From an uncultured virus (IMG/VR IMGVR_UViG_3300024255_000005) (Duplodnaviria; Heunggongvirae; Uroviricota; Caudoviricetes): a stretch of 64,000 bases of DNA. Position 1 is the first letter of the stretch, and every line of letters begins with the position of its first letter. Location of the stretch: the IMG/VR virus record IMGVR_UViG_3300024255_000005, one strand, 5' to 3'. The translations under genes and the position numbers were made by a program. This document shows positions 19,188 through 28,084 of this stretch, piece after piece. A model generated the notes under the pieces. That model was not told the origin of the DNA and did not search any database. It was given only the letters and a program-made list of their open reading frames with translations.

Positions 19188-19227
19188 GCCCGAGATTTTT
19201 TTATCTCGGGTTTTTTTGTTATATTAG
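19188..19227 (+). terminator. terminator hairpin plus TATATTAG promoter
   Basis: CCCGAGAT/ATCTCGGG stem, T7 run, then TATATTAG at 19220-19227. Confidence 0.75.
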
Positions 19228-19254
19228 TATAGTAATTAATAAACAAAGCAATAA

Positions 19255-20196
19255 ATGAAAAGATATTCGAAAGGAATTAAAACCAACGACCACACATTAG
19301 CAGATGTATTTTCAGCCTATGAATGTAATAGAGAAACTCAATTCGTAGAAGCCTTTTTTGGCAAAGAAGAAATGAACACTGTAATCGAAGCATGTGGTTT
19401 ATCAAGTATTGAAGACATAGACAGAAATTTAGAAACACCTATCATGATTGGAATGGCAACCAAAAGAGCTGATCTTACGTTTGAAGACGAAGGACAGATG
19501 TATTACTTTGAAGTGATGAGTCAATCTCAAAAGGGTAAATGGGACAATGATCACCATGAACAATTTATATTGAAATCAAATACACTTAAACAGGATTACG
19601 AACAAGTATATTCATTTGCTATTGCGTTTAAAGAATTCGATGCACCCTATCTTAATCAATTTTCTAAGATGGAAGATTCTTACGCCATACACTTGAGGTT
19701 TAATGACCAAGGTTATTTTGCAGATGTATATGGAATAGAAGAAAAGAAGGAAAAGGTTACAGTTAAACTCGCCTCACTTGAGGAGCTTGGTTTAAAATGG
19801 ATGAAAGTAGCTTCATCTGAAATGGGATTCAAAAATAGAAAAGACTTACCACACCGTAGTAGATACCTTTATATTGGAAAGGCATACACTGGTTCTAGAT
19901 TAGGCATTGAATGGGTTATTAATCAAAAGAATCATGACCTTGGAATTAAAATATCTGGATATTTAGTTAAAGATCATGGACTTACTAGAATCATAGATGA
20001 AACAGGAAAGATAATTGACAGTATAAAATCTAAAGTTCCGGGTTTTGAATTCGTAAAAGAAAGCACAGGTGCAAATGATAAAACAATTTCATTTAAATTT
20101 GATAACACTGATTTCTCAGAAGAAAATGTAAAGCTGCTAAAGGATATCACGGTTGCTTTCGCCGAAGAATTAGGAATAGAAAACTTACTAAAATAA
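19255..20196 (+). CDS. putative PD-(D/E)xK nuclease with DUF4268-like C-terminal domain
   Basis: RADL...YFEV...DNDHHEQ resembles the NucS-like N-terminal domain of DUF4268 proteins. Confidence 0.5.
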   Translation: MKRYSKGIKTNDHTLADVFSAYECNRETQFVEAFFGKEEMNTVIEACGLSSIEDIDRNLETPIMIGMATKRADLTFEDEGQMYYFEVMSQSQKGKWDNDHHEQFILKSNTLKQDYEQVYSFAIAFKEFDAPYLNQFSKMEDSYAIHLRFNDQGYFADVYGIEEKKEKVTVKLASLEELGLKWMKVASSEMGFKNRKDLPHRSRYLYIGKAYTGSRLGIEWVINQKNHDLGIKISGYLVKDHGLTRIIDETGKIIDSIKSKVPGFEFVKESTGANDKTISFKFDNTDFSEENVKLLKDITVAFAEELGIENLLK

Positions 20197-20203
20197 AACA
20201 AAG

Positions 20204-20380
20204 ATGAGCAAAGAAGACGTAAAGGTATTGGTTAATCTACTAACCAATGCAGCAGATGAAATTAAGTATGCAAACATGGACCACGAAACACAATTCGCAT
20301 ATAATGAAGGAATTGAAGATCTAATAATTCTAGTAGAATCAAAATTAGAAAAATTAGCCGTAAACAAAACGCATATATAG
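20204..20380 (+). CDS. hypothetical 58 aa protein (not in the ORF track)
   Basis: MSKEDVKVLVNLLTNAADEIKY...THI*, fills the gap between two genes after an A-rich leader. Confidence 0.6.
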   Translation: MSKEDVKVLVNLLTNAADEIKYANMDHETQFAYNEGIEDLIILVESKLEKLAVNKTHI

Positions 20381-20404
20381 AGTATAATAGTTAAACACAT
20401 TCTT

Positions 20405-20671
20405 ATGAAAAGTATCTTAGAAGAAGCAAACGAAATTGTAAACAACAGGAGTGAAGAAGCGGATCGTAATTACGGTCCTTTTTCAGAAGGCATGGACAGA
20501 GCTGCCCTAATATTTAAAGGTATGACAGGCCATGATGTAAGTGGCGCTGATATGTTTAAAGCATTAGTTGCTCTTAAGTTTTCAAGAGAAAGTTACAATC
20601 ATAAAAGAGATAATCTCTTAGATGCAGTAGCATACATTCAAGGTTTAGATAATTACGAAAACGGAAAATAA
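20405..20671 (+). CDS. DUF6378-like all-helical protein associated with nucleotide modification
   Basis: ILEEA..IV...YGPF...ALKFSRE..HKRDNLLDAVAY pattern. Confidence 0.7.
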   Translation: MKSILEEANEIVNNRSEEADRNYGPFSEGMDRAALIFKGMTGHDVSGADMFKALVALKFSRESYNHKRDNLLDAVAYIQGLDNYENGK

Positions 20672-21025
20672 ATGAAAGTACAGGTAAGAAGAACCGAGTA
20701 TCGATATATTGCCGAAGCAACTCCTATCGTAACATTAGACACTGAAAAATTCCCTAATTATAAAGGAACAACTGAAGAAGAATTTGTTCAATACTTAGCA
20801 GAAAACTATTGGGAGCTTGAAGGAATGGACGAATTAGTAGGAACTGACATCGGGGTAAATGACGAAGAAACTCATAACGCATTAGGAGATTTAGTCTATT
20901 CCGAAATGGACGTATATTCTGATTCATCTGAAAAAGGATATGAAGGAGAAATACAAATAGGAGAAGAAGACCAATCATACAGAAAACATGGAGGATTTAA
21001 CATAAAACACGGATCACAAATATGA
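20672..21025 (+). CDS. hypothetical acidic protein
   Basis: 117 aa ORF abutting both neighbours. Confidence 0.65.
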   Translation: MKVQVRRTEYRYIAEATPIVTLDTEKFPNYKGTTEEEFVQYLAENYWELEGMDELVGTDIGVNDEETHNALGDLVYSEMDVYSDSSEKGYEGEIQIGEEDQSYRKHGGFNIKHGSQI

Positions 21026-22245
21026 AAATAGCATTAGTATTAGCAAAAGGAGTTGAAGGTTGTGGACTCACAAGACACACGATCGAATTTTATAATTGGC
21101 TTATAAAAGAAGGCCATGATGCCACGATTTATGCAGCGGTAGAAAAGAAATGGCCTCGCCATAAAACTACAGATATTGTTTGCACTGAATTTAAAAGAAA
21201 GGATATTCCTAATATTGCTAAAGAACTTGAAAAAAGTGATGTAGTATATTACACATCGTATCCACATAAATCAGTAGGAGATGAATTCAACGAAGATTTT
21301 ATTGAGCAATGTATTTATGGTTTAGAAAATCCTATTAAAATAGGAAACTGCCTAGATCATAACACTGCAAACTTAGCAAAGAATTATAAGTATTGGGAAA
21401 TCATGAAATCAATGGACGCTATGTTCAACTATTCTGCAAGATCTAATTTTGCAAATAAATTAAGAGAACATGCACCTGATACTCCATTAATTGAAATGAA
21501 TCTTAATCCTTATGACTATGATGCATGGTCTAATATTGTGGTTCCAGTCGAAGAACAAGAAAGAAGAACTACATACTTCGGAAGATTTGCTGGATTTAAA
21601 GATCCTTTTAGAATGTTCGATATCATGGAACTATTGAAAGGTAATAATTTCGTAACAGAATGTAGAGGAGTTGAAAGATCTATTGGAGCTCTTCCTATGT
21701 TTTTACAAGAAGATAGAAAAACTCTAAGAGAAGATATCTTTGAAGTTCATGAAATTAAAAACCCTGTTACATATCCACAAGTCGAAGATAAAATGTATAT
21801 GTATGGTCCTTATAATTTAGCAGAAGGAATGGCAGAACTTGGAAAATCAATGTTCGGTGCAGAATTCTTTAACTTACCAGAAAGACTCTATGGTTCAATG
21901 ATTGAATATGCAATGTGTGAGGTTATTGCAGCGGGAACTATACCACTATTTGACAAACACTGGGGAACTCACGTTATTCACAGAACAGAAGGAGTTCCTT
22001 TCATAGAACTTGAAGATTTTGCAATCTTCGTAGACAAAGAAGATATTGCAGCTTCTATTCCACAGATTTTAGAATTAGCAAACAATAACGAAAGAAGAGA
22101 AGAGTTTAGAAAAAACTCTTTAAGATTAGCTAAATTACACAACGCACCAGAAGTTGTTAACAATGATCTCTTTGAAGCTATTAACAATGTTAATAAAAGA
22201 TCAGTAGAAAAACCAGTAGAATTAAAAACAGATTCATTATTTTAA
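21022..22245 (+). CDS. agt: DNA alpha-glucosyltransferase (T4 AGT-like, GT-B fold)
   Basis: N-terminus MKIALVLAKGVEGCGLTRH...WLIKEGH matches T4 AGT (MRICIFMARGLEGCGVTK...WFIKNGH); also DH, FGRFAGFKDP and EYAMCE..AAGTIP. Confidence 0.85.
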   Translation: MKIALVLAKGVEGCGLTRHTIEFYNWLIKEGHDATIYAAVEKKWPRHKTTDIVCTEFKRKDIPNIAKELEKSDVVYYTSYPHKSVGDEFNEDFIEQCIYGLENPIKIGNCLDHNTANLAKNYKYWEIMKSMDAMFNYSARSNFANKLREHAPDTPLIEMNLNPYDYDAWSNIVVPVEEQERRTTYFGRFAGFKDPFRMFDIMELLKGNNFVTECRGVERSIGALPMFLQEDRKTLREDIFEVHEIKNPVTYPQVEDKMYMYGPYNLAEGMAELGKSMFGAEFFNLPERLYGSMIEYAMCEVIAAGTIPLFDKHWGTHVIHRTEGVPFIELEDFAIFVDKEDIAASIPQILELANNNERREEFRKNSLRLAKLHNAPEVVNNDLFEAINNVNKRSVEKPVELKTDSLF

Positions 22246-22281
22246 GTAGAATAATAAGTAACATTAAAAAGTAGCGAAAAA

Positions 22282-22749
22282 ATGGCAAACATTGACAACG
22301 AATGTAAAGATCTAGAAGTAAAAGATTTTTACGACCAATCAACAACACACTTAGCAGATATCATGGAAAACCAAAAGAAGATGCAAGAGCAGACTTATGG
22401 TTTTAACTTTGATGATATGACAATCCGAGAAATTATGGATTTCTGGCACTGTAACACACATGCAGTAGTTGACGAAATTCATGAAATGACAGATGCTCTA
22501 GGTGGTATTAAAGACGGAAGTGGTAATGCAGTATGGAAATACTGGAAAAAAGACTTCACTAAATATGATAAGTTAAAAATTTCTGACATGTCCGAAGGCG
22601 ACAAAAAAGAATTGTATATGGAATGGGTAGACATTCTACACTTCTTTATTAATTACGCCGCTTCAATTGGGCTAGATGCTAAAACAGCATACAACTACTA
22701 CTTCGCAAAAGCAGAAGAGAATGTTAACCGTCAGAAAAATAACTATTAA
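22282..22749 (+). CDS. gp56: dCTP/dUTP pyrophosphatase (T4 gp56-like, MazG fold)
   Basis: DEIHEM..ALGG, WKYWKK, MEWVDILHF and KAEENVNRQ motifs. Confidence 0.85.
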   Translation: MANIDNECKDLEVKDFYDQSTTHLADIMENQKKMQEQTYGFNFDDMTIREIMDFWHCNTHAVVDEIHEMTDALGGIKDGSGNAVWKYWKKDFTKYDKLKISDMSEGDKKELYMEWVDILHFFINYAASIGLDAKTAYNYYFAKAEENVNRQKNNY

Positions 22750-24155
22750 TGATATTAGATATTGAACAGAGAGATAAGGATGTTATTATCTCTTATTACG
22801 ACACCGAAGGTAAAGTAGCATTTAAACAATATCCAATTTCACAGTATCAGAACTGGTATGTATGTAATGATAATGATAAAGGCAGAAGCCTAGATCACAA
22901 AAACTGGGATGGCAGATCAGTCAAACTAGGAAGTGCAAGAAGATACAATAAGTTTTCTTTAACTTATTTCTTAGATTCATTACCCGCAAAGGATAAAGAA
23001 GAAATCTTCGCATATAATATGCCTAAAACATACTTCGTCGATATTGAAACTGAAATCGTAGATGGCTTTCCAAAAGCCGAAGAAGCTAAAAGTAGAATCC
23101 TATCATTTTCCATAATTACACCAGAACACAAAGCTATTGTATTGGGATTAGAAGATATGGATTCTAAAAGCATTCAAAAAATTGAAGACGATACTAATAA
23201 GTATTTCAAAGACTTTGATCAGGATTGGGAATTCAAATACCAGAAGTTTGAGTCTGAATATGATATGGTTTATACATTCCTAATGAAGTTCTTGCCTAAG
23301 TTTCCAATGATGACAGGTTGGAATTTTATTAATTATGATTGGCAGTATATTGTAAACAGATGTAAGAGATTACAGATCGATGTTTCTGAAGTTTCTATGA
23401 CTCAATCTCTGGACAGAAATGATAGTAGACCCTTACACATTGGAATTTTAGATTACATGCAATTATATGATAAGTATGATAGAAGTGTAAAGGTAAAAGA
23501 ATCTAATGCACTTGATTACGTTTCAGGTCAGGTTCTTAATGTTAATAAGATTAAATTTACAGGGTCCTTACAGGATCTATATAGAGATGATTTTGTTAAA
23601 TATATCTACTATAACGTGGTCGATTCTGTTTTAGTTTATTATATAGATCAGAAGTTGAAATCTATGGAAGTCCTTTTAACTCTTGCGAATATTACAAAGA
23701 TGCCTCTATATAAAGCAGCATCGCCAGTGGCAGTTACAGAGTCACTGATTGCAAGAAAACTATCAGAAGAAGGTAAACGAATTGGATCTGAAAAGAAAGA
23801 AGACAGTGAAAAGAATGCACAGTATGCTGGTGCTTATGTAAAAGAGCCAATAGTAGGATATTATGCCGGTGTAAGTGCATTTGATTTTGCTTCGCTATAT
23901 CCTTCAATCATGAGACAATTCAATATTTCACCAGAAGCTTTCGTTGAAAAAGTAGAAAAAAATGAAGTAGCTGAAAGAAGAAAAGATAAAGATGTAATAG
24001 TCTGTGAAAACGGAGTAGTATATAAGCAAGAGACTTCTATGTTAAAGAAAATCTTAGGAGATTTATATGAACAACGTAAAGACTATAAGAAAACTTCATA
24101 TGAATATTTTACAAAAGCAGATGAACTCAAGAAGAGGTTATTAAAAAAAGATTAA
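22749..24155 (+). CDS. gp43A: DNA polymerase B, N-terminal subunit (3'-5' exonuclease plus motif A)
   Basis: VDIET, GWNFINYD, YNVVD, YAGAYV and FDFASLYPS; ends after the first fingers helix (RKDYKK). Confidence 0.92.
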   Translation: MILDIEQRDKDVIISYYDTEGKVAFKQYPISQYQNWYVCNDNDKGRSLDHKNWDGRSVKLGSARRYNKFSLTYFLDSLPAKDKEEIFAYNMPKTYFVDIETEIVDGFPKAEEAKSRILSFSIITPEHKAIVLGLEDMDSKSIQKIEDDTNKYFKDFDQDWEFKYQKFESEYDMVYTFLMKFLPKFPMMTGWNFINYDWQYIVNRCKRLQIDVSEVSMTQSLDRNDSRPLHIGILDYMQLYDKYDRSVKVKESNALDYVSGQVLNVNKIKFTGSLQDLYRDDFVKYIYYNVVDSVLVYYIDQKLKSMEVLLTLANITKMPLYKAASPVAVTESLIARKLSEEGKRIGSEKKEDSEKNAQYAGAYVKEPIVGYYAGVSAFDFASLYPSIMRQFNISPEAFVEKVEKNEVAERRKDKDVIVCENGVVYKQETSMLKKILGDLYEQRKDYKKTSYEYFTKADELKKRLLKKD

Positions 24156-24288
24156 GATAATCTTTTTGTCTCGAGAGGCAGTCGACTATTCGATATGAAT
24201 ATATAGACTACTAACGAGACCAACTGTTTACACATTGGTCTTTTTTAGACTTTAGGAACTAGTATAAAAATTTAAGAAAACGCAATTT

Positions 24289-25296
24289 ATGAAACCATCA
24301 ATATTTAAAGAAAGAATAGAATACAAACCATTTGAATACCCAGTATATTATACTGAAGGATGGTTAAAACAAGCACAAGCATTTTGGTTACATACTGAGA
24401 TTTCAATGCAAGGTGATGTCAAAGATTGGAATGAAACACTTACGAAATCTGAAAAGAATTTAGTTGGAAATATTCTTTTGGGGTTTGCACAAACTGAATG
24501 TGCAGTTTCAGATTATTGGACAGGTATGGTTACTGATTGGTTTCCTAAGTGGGAAATCAAACACATGGCAATGTTATTTGGTTCTCAGGAAACTATTCAT
24601 GCCACCGCTTATTCTTATTTAAATGAAACTCTAGGCCTTGAAGATTTTGAAGCATTTTTACATGAACCAACAACGGCAGAAAGATTCGATTTTTTAATGT
24701 CAACTAACGCCGAATATACACATGAAGATTTACTAAAAGATGCATCTGCAAGAAAAGATGTTGCAAAGTCTTTAGCAATATTTTCTGCATTTGGAGAAGG
24801 AGTAGCATTATATTCTTCCTTCGCAGTTCTTTACTCTTTTCAAATGAGAAACTTATTAAAGGGAATTGGACAGCAAATGAAATGGTCAGTAAGAGATGAA
24901 TCATTACACTCAAAAATGGGTTGTCAATTATTTAACCACATGTGCGAAGAATATACTGAACTTAGAGATTCTGTTCAATCTCAAGTTGAAGAAGCTGCAA
25001 AATTAATGGTTGAAATGGAAATGAAGTTTATCGATAAAATGTTTGAAATGGGAGACCTTGAGAACATGAAAGCATCAGATCTTAAAGAATTTATTAAGAA
25101 GAGAGCTAATGAAAAATTAAATGAAATAGGATATAATCCTATATTCGAATACAACGAAGAAAGTGCAGCTGAACTAGATTGGTTCTATCACCTAACAGGT
25201 GGTCATACACATACAGATTTCTTTGCAGTAAGACCTACTGATTATTCTAAAGCAGGCGAAGATGAAAATTGGGATGAAGACGATTTGTTTTCATAA
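24289..25296 (+). CDS. nrdB: ribonucleotide reductase class Ia beta subunit
   Basis: ETIHATAY, EGVALYSSF, RDESLH and HTDFF. Confidence 0.95.
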   Translation: MKPSIFKERIEYKPFEYPVYYTEGWLKQAQAFWLHTEISMQGDVKDWNETLTKSEKNLVGNILLGFAQTECAVSDYWTGMVTDWFPKWEIKHMAMLFGSQETIHATAYSYLNETLGLEDFEAFLHEPTTAERFDFLMSTNAEYTHEDLLKDASARKDVAKSLAIFSAFGEGVALYSSFAVLYSFQMRNLLKGIGQQMKWSVRDESLHSKMGCQLFNHMCEEYTELRDSVQSQVEEAAKLMVEMEMKFIDKMFEMGDLENMKASDLKEFIKKRANEKLNEIGYNPIFEYNEESAAELDWFYHLTGGHTHTDFFAVRPTDYSKAGEDENWDEDDLFS

Positions 25297-25324
25297 TAAA
25301 CCTAACAATAACACACAATACACG

Positions 25325-27172
25325 ATGATAAGAAACTATAGCGACGCACCAAACCCCGAATACAATGAAAAGGGAAAAGAAAGAAATTTCGGAGAATCCG
25401 AAGGATGGAAATTAGGAGTAGACTTCCCAGTATGGGCCAATACAGAAGTTTATGTAAAAACAGTTTCCAAAGGATATCTTCTAGAAGGAGAAACCCCTAA
25501 AGATGCATATTGGAGAGTTGCAACTACTATTGCATCAAGATTAAGAAAGCCTGATTTAGCAAGTAAGTTTTTTGATTATATGTGGAAAGGATGGTTAAAT
25601 TTAGCCACTCCTGTTTTTTCAAATACTGGTTCTGAAAGGGGCTTACCTATTTCATGCTTTGGAATAGATGTTGCAGATTCAATTCACGATATAGGCTCTA
25701 AGAATTTAGAATTAATGTTACTTGCTAAGCATGGAGGAGGAGTTGGTATTGGTGTAAATCAAATAAGACCAGCAGGTACAGTTATTTCACAAAATGGAAC
25801 CTCAGACGGAGTAGTTCCTTTTATCAAAATATACGATTCTACTATTTTAGCAACTAACCAAGGTTCAGTTAGACGAGGTGCAGCTTCAGTTAATATAGAT
25901 ATAGAGCATGATGATTTTTGGGAATGGTTAGAGGTTAGAGAACCTAAAGGTGATGTAAACAGACAATGTTTAAACGTTCATCAGTGTATTGTAGTCTCTG
26001 ATGGTTTTATGCAAAAGATTGAAGCAGGAGATAAAGAGGCACGAAAAAGATGGGCTGCCGTGATAAGAAAAAGAAGAGCAACCGGAGAACCTTATATTAT
26101 GTTTAAAGGTAATATCAATAGAATGAATCCTGATGCATATAAACAAAATGGCTTAAAGGTTTATATGACTAACATCTGTTCAGAGATCACGCTACATACT
26201 GACGAATCACATTCATTTGTGTGTTGTCTATCTTCTATAAATCTTAAAAAATACGAAGAGTGGAAAGATACGGACTTAGTATATACTGCCACCATATTTT
26301 TAGATGGAGTTCTTACAGAATTTATTAATAGAGCAAAGTATATGAGAGGTTTTGAAAACTCTGTTCGTTCTGCAGAAAAAGGTAGAGCACTAGGACTTGG
26401 AGTTCTTGGATGGCATACTTATCTACAAGATAAAAATATTCCATTCGATTCTTTAACTGCTCAATTTGAAACAAGAAAGATTTTTTCTCAAATCAAGGTA
26501 GAAAGTGAAAGAGCAAGCAGAGATTTAGCCACAGAATATGGAGAACCACTCTGGTGTGTAGGAACTGGAATGAGAAATACACACTTAAGAGCAATTGCAC
26601 CTACGGTTTCTAATTCTAAATTAGCTGGAAACGTTTCTCCAGGCATAGAGCCATGGGCAGCAAATGTATTTACAGAGCAAACTGCTAAAGGAACTTTTAT
26701 CAGAAAGAATCCAGCACTTGAAAGTATGTTAACTAAAATCAAGCAGAACAAAAAACAAGTATGGGACAAAATATTAGAAGATGGTGGTTCTGTTCAAGGT
26801 GTTGATATATTAGGAGAATACTGGGTAAAGGAAGGAAGTAGCGATACTCCAATTAAACAAGTTGCCTATGAAAAATTAACAGATCATGAAAAAGATCTTT
26901 ATATTTCTGTTAAAGATGTATTTAGAACCTTCAAGGAAATAAATCAAATGGAATTAGTGAAACAAGCAGGTGTAAGACAGCAATATATTGATCAGGCAGT
27001 TTCATTAAATCTAGCGTTTCCTACACAGGCTGAACCTAAGTATATTAATCAAGTTCATTTAGAAGCGTATAAACAGGGAATAAAAACTCTTTATTACATG
27101 AGAACAGAATCCGTACTTAGAGGAGATATCGCACAACGAGCAATGGAAGATTGTTTAGCATGTGATGGATAA
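25325..27172 (+). CDS. nrdA: ribonucleotide reductase class Ia alpha subunit (no ATP cone)
   Basis: ISCF, RRGA, NICSEI, GLGVLG, APTVS, KTLYY and C-terminal CLAC. The ATG at 25325 avoids overlap with nrdB. Confidence 0.95.
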   Translation: MIRNYSDAPNPEYNEKGKERNFGESEGWKLGVDFPVWANTEVYVKTVSKGYLLEGETPKDAYWRVATTIASRLRKPDLASKFFDYMWKGWLNLATPVFSNTGSERGLPISCFGIDVADSIHDIGSKNLELMLLAKHGGGVGIGVNQIRPAGTVISQNGTSDGVVPFIKIYDSTILATNQGSVRRGAASVNIDIEHDDFWEWLEVREPKGDVNRQCLNVHQCIVVSDGFMQKIEAGDKEARKRWAAVIRKRRATGEPYIMFKGNINRMNPDAYKQNGLKVYMTNICSEITLHTDESHSFVCCLSSINLKKYEEWKDTDLVYTATIFLDGVLTEFINRAKYMRGFENSVRSAEKGRALGLGVLGWHTYLQDKNIPFDSLTAQFETRKIFSQIKVESERASRDLATEYGEPLWCVGTGMRNTHLRAIAPTVSNSKLAGNVSPGIEPWAANVFTEQTAKGTFIRKNPALESMLTKIKQNKKQVWDKILEDGGSVQGVDILGEYWVKEGSSDTPIKQVAYEKLTDHEKDLYISVKDVFRTFKEINQMELVKQAGVRQQYIDQAVSLNLAFPTQAEPKYINQVHLEAYKQGIKTLYYMRTESVLRGDIAQRAMEDCLACDG

Positions 27173-27229
27173 CAAATAATATTAGTTGTGGTTAAGTCCA
27201 CTTCTTAGGACCGAGATAGTTCTCGGATC

Positions 27230-27268
27230 GAGGCCAGGAGTTCGCTACTTCCTGGCCTCACTTTTTTT
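27230..27268 (+). terminator. Rho-independent terminator
   Basis: GAGGCCAGGA/TCCTGGCCTC 10-bp stem followed by T7. Confidence 0.85.
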
Positions 27269-27325
27269 ACTGAAACTATTTGTGATTTTTGTGTAGAATA
27301 ATAAACAAATAAAAATTATACATTC

Positions 27326-28081
27326 ATGAAAATTTCAATCAGTAAGGTCGATTCAAACAACTTCATCGGCTTCGTTAATAGATTAAAGGTAATTGATTCT
27401 TTTGTCTATTTCAAGTTAAAAGATGGTGTCGTACAAGCTTCAGCTTATTTACCACAAAGAGATGCTGTTAAGCATCACAGAATGCCAATCTCTCAGGTTT
27501 TTCAAATCGAAGATGGCCAAATCTCAACAGACAAAGAATTAAAAATTGCATTCTTTGACGCTTCTAAAATTACAGATGCATTTAAGCAATTTGACTATGA
27601 TGCTATTTCAGCAGAAATTGAATTCGTTGAAAACGAAGAAGATTGTGTTGCAACAACATTCAAAATCTTTAATGATGAATTAGAAATTACACTTGCATGT
27701 TCAGAGCCATCTTTAGGTTATAAAGATCTAACTGACGCACAGATTCAAGGTATCTTCAACACTGAAGCTTCTACTTTTAAATTTGATTTAGATTATACTT
27801 CCCTTGCTAAGGTTAGAAATCTATTCGCATTAGACAAAGAAGAAACATTTTCAATCAATGCAAATGGAAGTGGAGTTAAATTACTCGGTAAAACATATAA
27901 CATGTTAGTAACACCCGATTATGATGGTGATGCTGGAACTAACGTAACTCTTTTCAAAAAATATCTTAACCTTTTAGACAAGGAAGATTACACTGCACAT
28001 GTATTAGACAATAGAGTTGTTCTAAGATCTAACGATTCAGAAACTCTATTGACAATTGCAACATGTCAAACTGCAGAGTAA
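27326..28081 (+). CDS. gp45: sliding clamp (gp45/PCNA-like)
   Basis: 251 aa two-domain alpha/beta pattern typical of clamps; directly upstream of the polymerase C-terminal subunit. Confidence 0.65.
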   Translation: MKISISKVDSNNFIGFVNRLKVIDSFVYFKLKDGVVQASAYLPQRDAVKHHRMPISQVFQIEDGQISTDKELKIAFFDASKITDAFKQFDYDAISAEIEFVENEEDCVATTFKIFNDELEITLACSEPSLGYKDLTDAQIQGIFNTEASTFKFDLDYTSLAKVRNLFALDKEETFSINANGSGVKLLGKTYNMLVTPDYDGDAGTNVTLFKKYLNLLDKEDYTAHVLDNRVVLRSNDSETLLTIATCQTAE

Positions 28082-28084
28082 TTG

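Noticed and set aside
25262..25324. N-terminal extension of NrdA given in the ORF track
   Set aside because: It overlaps nrdB and reads through an A-rich leader; ATG 25325 is the more plausible start.
27181..27268. tRNA gene after nrdA
   Set aside because: No acceptor stem, T-loop consensus or anticodon arm geometry; the last stem is a terminator.
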